32,000 nt of DNA from Limisalsivibrio acetivorans. GTDB taxonomy: Bacteria; Chrysiogenota; Deferribacteres; Deferribacterales; Geovibrionaceae. Both the position numbers and the translations under genes were made by a program. Below are positions 8,801 through 15,401 of the stretch, in pieces. Position 1 is the stretch's first letter. Each line of letters opens with the position of its first letter. The notes below the pieces were generated by a model that saw only the letters and a program-made list of their open reading frames with translations, had not been told where the DNA came from and did no database searches. The stretch is taken from NCBI RefSeq assembly GCF_000421105.1, contig NZ_ATWF01000001.1, forward strand, positions 21,987 to 53,986. The letters run 5' to 3'.

Positions 8801-8957
8801 TAATCTGGGAAATTCATCATCCTGTTTAGTCTATGGAATTTCCCATCCATGGAAATTCCATTGCCGCTCTGCTTGGCAAAGCCTTCGCTTCGCTTACTTC
8901 CGGCTTCGTGAATTGAGCAGAGCCCAATTCAGCTACGCCTTCAGGGCCAACATCTAC
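8801..8957. repeat. Truncated and chimeric module copy (R1 with a 37-nt insertion, R2, and the first half of the next hairpin)
   Basis: 8899-8945 is identical to 9364-9410 (47 nt). 8946-8954 (CCAACATC) matches the left arm of the module A hairpin (9076-9083), not that of module B. TAATCTGGGAAATT recurs at 8801 and 8958. Confidence 0.7.
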
Positions 8958-9238
8958 ATAATCTGGGAAATTTATCATCCTGAGAATTTCCCTGCCGCTA
9001 CGCTCGGCAAAGCCTTCGCTCCGCTTACTTCCGTTACAGAATATGAAGCATAGCTCCATATTATTCACTTCAGAGCCAACATCCGTGTTGGCTTTATTAG
9101 TTTCAACCTCAAACGTATGATTAGTATAAGCTTTCATGGATGAAAGCTCGCTTGCGTAAGTGAGAGGAAAGTTTCTTTCTTCGAACGGCGGAATAATTTC
9201 CATGGACGGGAAATTATTCAGATAGATAAAGGAGTTTT
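8958..9238. repeat. Module A of the tandem array
   Basis: R1 is 8965-9033 (2 mismatches against 9298-9366). A diverged R2-like hairpin lies at 9040-9062 and a second hairpin at 9074-9093. R3 is 9115-9238 (3 mismatches in 124 nt against 9450-9573, no indels). Confidence 0.8.
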
Positions 9239-9248
9239 TAAGGGGTTC

Positions 9249-9284
9249 TTAAGGGGAACTTTTTACATAAAAATTTCCCCTTAG
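9249..9284 (+). other. Inter-module stem-loop, homologous in position to the 8301-8341 terminator hairpin
   Basis: A 15-bp stem pairs TTAAGGGGAACTTTT with AAAATTTCCCCTTAG, with one C:T mismatch and one T:G wobble that is legal only on the + strand. The loop is TACATA. The downstream sequence TCTTAATTC is only a weak U-tract. Confidence 0.5.
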
Positions 9285-9290
9285 TCTTAA

Positions 9291-9573
9291 TTCATCAGGG
9301 AAATTCATCATCCTGAGAATTTCCCTGTCGCTACGCTCGGCAAAGCCTTCGCTCCGCTTACTTCCGGCTTCGTGAATTGAGCAGAGCCCAATTCAGCTAC
9401 GCCTTCAGGGCTTCCATCCTTGGAAGCCTGTTGCATATCAACCTTGATTGTATGATTAGCATAAGCTTTCATGGATGAAAGCGCGCTTGCGTAAGTGAGA
9501 GGAAAGTTTCTTTCTTCGAACGGCAGAATAATTTCCATGGACGGGAAATTATTCAGATAGATAAAGGAGTTTT
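9291..9573. repeat. Module B of the tandem array
   Basis: R1 is 9298-9366, the R2 hairpin 9373-9395, the second hairpin 9409-9428 and R3 9450-9573. It ends 3 nt before the stop codon of the glyoxalase gene. Confidence 0.8.
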
Positions 9574-9576
9574 CCT

Positions 9577-9948
9577 TTACTTATCTGCAGGGATAATCTC
9601 CAGCCAGTATCCGTTGGGATCCTTTATGAAGTAGATTCCCATCTCCATATTCTCGAATACGATACAGTCCATATCCTTGTGCTTCTTATGGGCGGCTTCG
9701 AAATCGTCCACAACGAAGGCTATATGCAGATCATTATCGCCGTGATTATAGGGCTCATTCCGGTCTCTGAGCCATGTAAGCTCTATCTGACAGTCTGACT
9801 TCCCGTCCTCAAGGTAAACAAGGATAAACTTCCCTTCGGGTTGTTCAAACCTTCTGGCCTCTTTCAGGCCGAGTGCTTCTTCGAAGAACTTAACTGACTT
9901 ATCTAGATCTAGAACATTGATATTGGTGTGTACCATTCTGAAATCCAT
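9577..9948 (-). CDS. VOC-family protein / glyoxalase I-like (lactoylglutathione lyase family)
   Basis: MDFRMVHTNINVLDLDKSVKFFEEALGLK...IELTW...HIAF.V.D....H........YFIKDPNGYWLEI is a typical small glyoxalase I pattern. I place the start at ATG 9948, with AGGAGG 6 nt upstream, rather than the track's TTG at 9966. Confidence 0.85.
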   Translation of the reverse strand: MDFRMVHTNINVLDLDKSVKFFEEALGLKEARRFEQPEGKFILVYLEDGKSDCQIELTWLRDRNEPYNHGDNDLHIAFVVDDFEAAHKKHKDMDCIVFENMEMGIYFIKDPNGYWLEIIPADK

Positions 9949-9998
9949 GGAGCTCCTCCTGTTCAATAATAAGTGAATGCTATCACATCGATAGAAAG

Positions 9999-10029
9999 AA
10001 AAAAAGCCCGGACAATAACTGTACCGGGC
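9999..10029 (-). terminator. Rho-independent terminator after tctA (minus strand)
   Basis: On the minus strand: GCCCGG (10029..10024), a 12-nt loop, CCGGGC (10011..10006), then T7 (10005..9999). Confidence 0.65.
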
Positions 10030-10041
10030 CAGGAGGCGTGT

Positions 10042-11529
10042 CTATGAAGTTCCTGTTTTTTTCATTTTTGATAGGTAAATTGGAAGAAATAGAGTCAGAA
10101 GTGTCATTATCAGAATCACAAAGCTGATTGGGCGCATAAAAAGCTTTAATCCTCCAAGCTGGAGAACCCAGAATAGGTTTTTCTCAGCCAGCGGTCCAAG
10201 TATTAGTGCCAGAAGCATTGCTGGTATTGAGTAGCCGTATTTTTTAAGCAGTGCACCAAAAAGCCCGAAGATAACCACAAGCGTCATATCAAATAGAAGC
10301 TCCCGATATGCAAAACCGCCAACAAGGCAGAAGAGTGAAATTATTGGTACTAGTATAACTGTTGGTATTGATGAGAGATGGGGGAGAAATCTAAAAATTA
10401 CTAGCCCTGCGAAAAACATAACTATATTGACAAGTACAATTGATGCAAATATCGCATATGCCTCTGTTTTGAACTCTACAAAGAGGCTAGGGCCAGGCTG
10501 AATTCCATTGATCATCAGTGCTGCCATTATAATCAGGGTTGTCCCTGAGCCGGGTATGCCTAGGGTTAGCGTCGGTATCAGAGCCCCTCCTGTTACCCCG
10601 TTATTACAGGCATCACTTGCTGCGAGCCCCTCGTAGTCACCTGTTCCAAACTTTTCAGGTGTTTTTGACCACTGCTTGGATTGCCCATAGCTTATCCATG
10701 TCGCAATGGCTGCACCGGTACCTGGGATTAAACCTATAATAATCCCGATAACAGAAGATCTGATAAGATTGAGCTTCATGGAAACCGCTTTCTTCATACC
10801 TTCAAACAAAGAGCTGTAACCTTTGAATGATGTTTTGCCCTCTTGTATGATAGATTTTTCGTTTACCATCGTGATCAGTTCTGAGAAACCGAACAGACCA
10901 AGCAGAACAGGTATCAAAGGGAAACCTTCGTAAAGTTCAAATAGCCCGAAGCTTGAACGTGTATAGCCGACTTGGATTTCGGTTCCAACTGTTGCGAGCA
11001 ATAGCCCGAATGCAGACGAAAGCAGACCTTTCGAAACGCTTTTACCTGTTAATGAGCCTACTGCTGTGAGACCAAAAACAGCCACCATAAACATTTCAGC
11101 AGGGCCAAATGATAAGGCGTATACTCCTATGATAGGGGCTATTACGAAACAGACCACGGCGCTTATAAGGCCGCCGATTGTGGATGCTGCAAGGGATGCA
11201 CCCAATGCTTCGCCAGCCATACCTTTTTTTGTCATGGCAAACCCTTCAATGCATGTCGGTGCATTCGAGGGTGTTCCAGGTATGTTCATCAGTATGGCTG
11301 GAACGGATCCTCCTGCCTGTGAACCGCAGAATACAGCCATCATAAACATTACAGCCTGCATGGGGCCTAGATATACTGTGAATGGGAGCACAAGTGCCAG
11401 GACGTTGGTGTCATTGAATCCCGGTATTGCGCCAATGATAAATCCAAACAGGAGGCCAGCTACTAGAAACTGGATTATTCTTGGCTCAAGAACAGTCTTT
11501 ATGCCTTCAAGCATTGATACGTAATCCAT
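10042..11529 (-). CDS. tctA: Tripartite tricarboxylate transporter permease, large subunit TctA
   Basis: The 495-aa ORF has about 12 TM segments. It contains GAIPG, GGSVPAILMNIPGTPS and GLIPGTGAAIATWISY, the TctA family pattern. It is the last gene of the tctCBA order. Confidence 0.9.
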   Translation of the reverse strand: MDYVSMLEGIKTVLEPRIIQFLVAGLLFGFIIGAIPGFNDTNVLALVLPFTVYLGPMQAVMFMMAVFCGSQAGGSVPAILMNIPGTPSNAPTCIEGFAMTKKGMAGEALGASLAASTIGGLISAVVCFVIAPIIGVYALSFGPAEMFMVAVFGLTAVGSLTGKSVSKGLLSSAFGLLLATVGTEIQVGYTRSSFGLFELYEGFPLIPVLLGLFGFSELITMVNEKSIIQEGKTSFKGYSSLFEGMKKAVSMKLNLIRSSVIGIIIGLIPGTGAAIATWISYGQSKQWSKTPEKFGTGDYEGLAASDACNNGVTGGALIPTLTLGIPGSGTTLIIMAALMINGIQPGPSLFVEFKTEAYAIFASIVLVNIVMFFAGLVIFRFLPHLSSIPTVILVPIISLFCLVGGFAYRELLFDMTLVVIFGLFGALLKKYGYSIPAMLLALILGPLAEKNLFWVLQLGGLKLFMRPISFVILIMTLLTLFLPIYLSKMKKTGTS

Positions 11530-11537
11530 GATTCCCC

Positions 11538-12011
11538 CTAGAAAGAAATTCCAAATAGTTCAATGCTGGGCAAGCTTATCTGCATCGCCTTTATCAGGCT
11601 CAGATATAGAAATGCACATATTATTCCAGGTACAAGGATAAGCTGAAATACTGAATGAACGCCTAGAAAGAATAGTACAGATACTAAGTAGATAAAGCTT
11701 GAAAGTGTAAAACCAGCAAATGGAAGTGCTGTTAGATAGACAATAGTCAGAGCTATAAGGATAGCCGGTTTTTTGTAATGCTTTCTCGACTCTTTGCTTC
11801 CAGCAGACGGCAGGAGTTTTTCTCTGTTGTTGAACAGAACAATCATAAGCAGCAGTGATGTAAAACCGATAATAATGTATGGCCAAACCATAGCGACACG
11901 AGGAGCATCTGCTGTCTGGAATAGGTATACGCCTAAAAAACCTGCCATAAGGGCCGGGACGAATAATTCGCCCCGGCTGTTAGTTGATTTCTTTTCTGCC
12001 TTTTCGCTCAT
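11538..12011 (-). CDS. tctB: Tripartite tricarboxylate transporter small membrane subunit TctB
   Basis: The 157-aa protein has 4 TM segments and sits between tctC and tctA, with a 4-nt overlap with tctC. The call rests mainly on size, topology and position. Confidence 0.75.
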   Translation of the reverse strand: MSEKAEKKSTNSRGELFVPALMAGFLGVYLFQTADAPRVAMVWPYIIIGFTSLLLMIVLFNNREKLLPSAGSKESRKHYKKPAILIALTIVYLTALPFAGFTLSSFIYLVSVLFFLGVHSVFQLILVPGIICAFLYLSLIKAMQISLPSIELFGISF

Positions 12012-13021
12012 TTTGTCACTAAATGTCCGTATTTGTTTAGTGTAGACTGAAAGTCTTTAAGGAATGCTTCGCATTCAGAAGGGCTCCAGTAATCCATGAA
12101 GTCACCCATGCCGATGGAAGCCGCCTTTTCACGTGCCTTCTTAGAGAAGTGAGCTTCTTTGAATGTGTCCACAAGTTTTGCATACCTGTCAGGATATTTC
12201 TTCTCTACATCTCTTCTGATATGAAAGGCAAACGGCTCAACGAAGTTGGGAACGGTAACATCAAGCACTTCGTTCACAGGCGGCATTTCCCATATGTGAG
12301 GAGCAGGGTTCTTTGTGTTGAAAATTCCGATACCTTTAATGAATTCTTTAAGATTAGATGCACTAAAGAAGGGTGCTATACATGCATCGACGTGTTTTCC
12401 TGCGAGGGCTTTTCTTGCAGCAGAACCGCCGTCAAAGGGTACGATTTTTGCATTTCCGCCGATAAGCTCAAGAAACACTCTTGCAGCAAAAGTGTTCGAA
12501 GCAATAGGGTGACTAGCACTTATGGTAACAGGCTCTTTAGCATTTCTCACATGGTCAACGAATTCATCAAGATTGTTCCATGGTGAATCTTTATGTATCA
12601 GTACACAATCGGGGTCGCTAATAACATTGCCCACGAATCCGATATCGTTAAAGTCTGCTGCAGGTTTGCCATACTTAACAACCATTGCCTGCATGCTTAT
12701 TGTCATCATAATGGTTGTGTAGCCGTCAGGTTTAGCAGCTCTAATCTTGCCGAAACCTATCTGTCCGCTTGCTCCTGGTGAGAAGGAGAACTTAACAGGT
12801 TGACCAAGCACAGGCTCCCATGCTTCTGCCAGAACACGGCTGGAACGGTCCCATCCGCCTCCGGCTTTTGCAGGAACAATGTGATTGATTGGTTTCGATG
12901 GGAAATCTTCTGCAAAAACTGGGAAACCGCTGCTTGCTGCCATGAGTGCTCCTGCACCCACCAGGCTGTTTCTGAGGAAATTTCTTCTTGAGATTTCAGC
13001 ACCGTTTAATAAATCTTTCAT
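12008..13021 (-). CDS. tctC: Tripartite tricarboxylate transporter substrate-binding protein TctC (Bug family) with a twin-arginine-type signal
   Basis: The N-terminus reads SRRNFLRNSLVGAGALMAASSGFPVFA. The remainder is Bug/TctC-like (VPAKAGGGWD, GASGQIG, PFDGGSAARKALAGKHVDA). Confidence 0.85.
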   Translation of the reverse strand: MKDLLNGAEISRRNFLRNSLVGAGALMAASSGFPVFAEDFPSKPINHIVPAKAGGGWDRSSRVLAEAWEPVLGQPVKFSFSPGASGQIGFGKIRAAKPDGYTTIMMTISMQAMVVKYGKPAADFNDIGFVGNVISDPDCVLIHKDSPWNNLDEFVDHVRNAKEPVTISASHPIASNTFAARVFLELIGGNAKIVPFDGGSAARKALAGKHVDACIAPFFSASNLKEFIKGIGIFNTKNPAPHIWEMPPVNEVLDVTVPNFVEPFAFHIRRDVEKKYPDRYAKLVDTFKEAHFSKKAREKAASIGMGDFMDYWSPSECEAFLKDFQSTLNKYGHLVTK

Positions 13022-13034
13022 CTTAGAACCTCCT

Positions 13035-13901
13035 TTAGACAGATAACAGCCTCTGGCAGTTATCTCGCCACATTATTTCTATATCTCTCTTGGGTATTCC
13101 TTTATCTGAAAGACACTGTCCATAGATACGAAGAATTTCGGATGGCCAGGGTTTTCGCCACTGTCCACCATCGCTTGAGATTATGAAATTTTCCGGACCG
13201 TGCTTTTTGATCATTTCAATGTGGTTTTCAAAAGAACCCATTCCGGGGATGGGGTACAAGTTGCCTGCACAGATCTCTATCACAGCACCTTGAGAAATCA
13301 GCCTCTCAATGTCTTCGTCATTTAAGTTAGGAGGTTCAAAATCTGGATGGGTTATCAGTAGCTTTTTGAACTCCATTCTCTTTGCGAGATCGCCAAGGGC
13401 AAGGACTTCCTCTCTGGATATGTGTGCAGTTCCAACTATGGCATCATGATTTTTAGCAATGGCCATTACTTCCTCGGCTTGCTGTATAAGGTTTCCTTCT
13501 GAATCTAAGATAGAAATGGGCTCATATGATGTTTCTAATACAGAACCATGAGCCCCATGTTGTCCTGGGCTGCCATATCTTTTTGAATGGGCTGCTGAAT
13601 CCATGGTAGGCATCCATATCTGTTTGCCCCCCATTTTTACAGCTGTTTCAGTGGCTACGGGGTTAATCCCTCCAACAGCTCTGTTAAGGACAATGCCTCC
13701 GTATACCTCTATGTCATAAAGCTTGTTAGCGTGGTAAGCTCCTATTGTGCTCGGAGCTAGATGTTTTTTAAGCATGATACCGGCTAGGCCGTCTTTCATA
13801 CATCGTTCGGCCATCTCCAGATCATCCGCCATCCGGTTGAAAAGAGATGGATCTGTGTGAATATGCAGATCGTAAGCCCCTGAGATACTGATAATTTCCA
13901 T
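13035..13901 (-). CDS. Putative metal-dependent hydrolase (amidohydrolase/TIM-barrel-like; exact family uncertain)
   Basis: The 288-aa ORF has an N-terminal DLHIHTD (HxH metal motif), with later GTAHIS, ITHPDF and SSDGGQ as candidate metal ligands. It is co-operonic with gntR and tctCBA. I cannot name the family with confidence. Confidence 0.55.
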   Translation of the reverse strand: MEIISISGAYDLHIHTDPSLFNRMADDLEMAERCMKDGLAGIMLKKHLAPSTIGAYHANKLYDIEVYGGIVLNRAVGGINPVATETAVKMGGKQIWMPTMDSAAHSKRYGSPGQHGAHGSVLETSYEPISILDSEGNLIQQAEEVMAIAKNHDAIVGTAHISREEVLALGDLAKRMEFKKLLITHPDFEPPNLNDEDIERLISQGAVIEICAGNLYPIPGMGSFENHIEMIKKHGPENFIISSDGGQWRKPWPSEILRIYGQCLSDKGIPKRDIEIMWRDNCQRLLSV

Positions 13902-13906
13902 TTTAT

Positions 13907-14617
13907 CTACCTTATGCGTACATGATATCGGAAACGATCCCCACGGCCGAAGCTTCTTCTATACTCCACTGGTTCTTCTCCGAATGTTCTTGCTATTCTC
14001 GTTATTTCGATAAGGGGGGAACATTCCCCTATGCCAAGATATTGTGCTTGCTCCTCGTTGGCTGTTGCCGCATTGAGATACTCGTCTGCACTAACCACAA
14101 GAACCTTGAATTCCTGCTCGTAGATAGGATAGAGAAGTTTTTCAGAGATATCTTTCTTCTCCATGCCCTCAAACAGCTCGTGAGGCAGATAAAGATCTTC
14201 GTAAACTAAAGGTATTTCATCAAAAAGACGTACCCTTCTTATGTGGACAACCAAGGAACCTTTTTCAATCATGAGGTGTTTACAGACATCTTCGGGTGCT
14301 TCAATAACCTCAGATATCAGAACCTTTGACCTTGGAACTGGCCTGGATTTGTCCTTGCCCACATCATAACGGAAGAACCTGTATAGGCTGTTTTCAAAAT
14401 TCGGTCTTGCTACAAAACTCCCTATCCCCTGTCTTCTGTACAGGTATCCTTCATTTACCAGTTCCTGGAGTGCTCTTTTTACTGTTCCGGGTGATACATC
14501 GAAAATTCTGCATAATTCAGCCTCCGATGGAATGGGCTTTCTGAATTCCCACATGCCCGAGGCGATCTTCTCTTTGATCGAGTCCTTAATCATCGAGTAA
14601 AGAGGTGTAGTATCCAA
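13907..14617 (-). CDS. GntR-family transcriptional regulator, HutC/UTRA subfamily
   Basis: The N-terminal winged HTH reads LPSEAELCRIFDVSPGTVKRALQELVNEGYLYRRQGIGSFV, followed by a C-terminal UTRA-like effector domain. The start is TTG, with AGGAG 6 nt upstream. Confidence 0.9.
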   Translation of the reverse strand: MDTTPLYSMIKDSIKEKIASGMWEFRKPIPSEAELCRIFDVSPGTVKRALQELVNEGYLYRRQGIGSFVARPNFENSLYRFFRYDVGKDKSRPVPRSKVLISEVIEAPEDVCKHLMIEKGSLVVHIRRVRLFDEIPLVYEDLYLPHELFEGMEKKDISEKLLYPIYEQEFKVLVVSADEYLNAATANEEQAQYLGIGECSPLIEITRIARTFGEEPVEYRRSFGRGDRFRYHVRIR

Positions 14618-14643
14618 AGTTAACTCCTTATATATGGTTTAAA

Positions 14644-14690
14644 TGTATAACTTATATAACTTATATAACTAAGTTGGATATGTTTCGCAA
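14644..14690 (-). promoter_or_regulatory. Candidate promoter plus operator of the gntR-hydrolase-tctCBA operon
   Basis: On the minus strand: -35 TTGCGA (14690..14685), a 17-nt spacer, then -10 TATATA (14667..14662). Three tandem 9-bp units TATAACTTA (14646-14654, 14655-14663, 14664-14672; the last has 1 mismatch) overlap and follow the -10. They contain GT..AC cores of the kind GntR regulators bind. Confidence 0.4.
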
Positions 14691-14834
14691 GTATAATTAT
14701 TTTATATTTTGAACATTCATGGTAAGTGTCTGGTGATAATGTTGTAAAAAAAACTATTAGCGAATGTTTTAGGGGGATGCAATGTGTAGGTTGGTGAAAC
14801 AGTATGGTATTTTAAAACAATAGCAAAGAGTGTT

Positions 14835-15401
14835 CTATATTTCCAGTTCTCTGACCTCGGCAAACCTGTTCTCTTCACCCTGAAGCTTGAAGGTTGCTGT
14901 GAGGGCGTCGAAGGAGCGATCAAGAATTGTAAGCCCCTCCTTTTCAATGAGGTATTCAAGGGGCTGTATCCTGTCGTAGGGGACTGTTATGCTTTCCGTG
15001 TAGAGAGAGTCCATGGATATAAGCTGTGCAGAGCCTATAACACTCTGTGCAGCATCGTTGTATGCACGAACCAATCCTCCCGTGCCAAGCTTTATGCCGC
15101 CGAAGTAGCGCACTGTGATAATGGCACATTCTATGAGTGAATGCCCTTCCATCGCCTTAAGAGTTGGTTTGCCCGACGTATTTTTAGGTTCGCCGTCGTC
15201 GCTGGAATTTTCTTCAATCTGGCCGTTATCGTTTATTGTGCGGTACGCCCAGACGTAGTGCCGCCCTTTGGGATGTTTTCCCCGTATATTCTCCATTGCC
15301 TCATTGAAAGAAGCGTAAGGGAAGAGGTAGGCGATGAACTGGGATTTTTTGATCTCAACGCAAGCCTCGCTGGCTTTGGATACGGTGTAGAGTCCCTTCA
15401 T
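14835..15401 (-). CDS. YigZ / IMPACT-family protein (UPF0029)
   Basis: IKKSQFIAYLFP, HPKGRHYVWAY, DDGEP..TSGKP and VTRYFGGIKLGTGGLVRAY are YigZ hallmark motifs. Confidence 0.85.
   Translation of the reverse strand: MKGLYTVSKASEACVEIKKSQFIAYLFPYASFNEAMENIRGKHPKGRHYVWAYRTINDNGQIEENSSDDGEPKNTSGKPTLKAMEGHSLIECAIITVRYFGGIKLGTGGLVRAYNDAAQSVIGSAQLISMDSLYTESITVPYDRIQPLEYLIEKEGLTILDRSFDALTATFKLQGEENRFAEVRELEI

Larger units (their letters stand above)
8266..9575. repeat. Tandem array of hairpin-rich modules of roughly 0.3 kb, family unknown, inside a 1.5 kb ORF-poor gap
   Basis: There are two full modules with a 335-bp register offset, one truncated copy, and degenerate copies further left. The 14-mer TTATTCAGATAGAT occurs at 8266-8279, 9214-9227 and 9549-9562. 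At least 10 perfect or near-perfect stem-loops are present. See findings for detail. Confidence 0.8.

Noticed and set aside
8874-8888. Sigma-54-like -24/-12 element, TGGCAAAGCCTTCGC, inside R1.
   Set aside because: GG and GC are correctly spaced. However, the -12 region reads TCGC rather than TTGC, the other two copies read CGGCA, and no enhancer-binding-protein gene or downstream CDS exists. This is too weak to call.
8709-9053. Plus-strand ORF of 114 aa spanning the repeat copies.
   Set aside because: It reads straight through repeated palindromes. It has no RBS and a low-complexity, Cys/Phe/Arg-rich sequence, and I recognise no family. It is most likely a chance ORF in repetitive DNA.
9164-9172. 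GAGGAAAGT, resembling the conserved P4 motif of RNase P RNA (also present at 9499-9507).
   Set aside because: Only 9 nt match. The sequence diverges immediately afterwards (TTTCTTTC instead of CCGGGC), it occurs twice within the repeat, and no other RNase P elements are present.
9338-9352. Similarity of GGCAAAGCC to c-di-GMP-I (GEMM) riboswitch motifs.
   Set aside because: Only a short GCAAAGCC string is shared. The paired P1/P2 architecture and the tetraloop-receptor elements are absent.
8826-9538. Minus-strand ORFs 8826..9203 (125 aa) and 9308..9538 (76 aa), with similar N- and C-termini, considered as paralogous small-protein genes.
   Set aside because: No Shine-Dalgarno sequence precedes either ATG (the upstream sequence is CTGAATAATTTCCCGTCC). 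The ATG lies in the loop of a perfect 11-bp palindrome. All three nucleotide differences in the shared 124-nt block are nonsynonymous (P5L, E19A, T27A). The divergent middle keeps hairpins rather than amino-acid similarity, and the composition is not protein-like. The similarity is better explained by nucleotide-level repeats.
8800-9575. CRISPR array.
   Set aside because: The repeat units are about 275-335 bp, not 28-37 bp direct repeats separated by unique spacers. No cas genes or leader are present.
8266-9575. Integron cassette array or attC cluster, considered because glyoxalase-type genes are common cassettes.
   Set aside because: I could not find RYYYAAC...GTTRRRY core pairs at module boundaries. 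The module ends are not complementary to each other as attC R''/R' arms would be, and no intI gene is in the window.
8065-9576. Replication origin, considered because the gap is AT-rich and carries repeats.
   Set aside because: There are no TTATCCACA-type DnaA boxes (the closest is TTATCACAG at 8557-8565). No dnaA, dnaN or other origin-linked genes are nearby.
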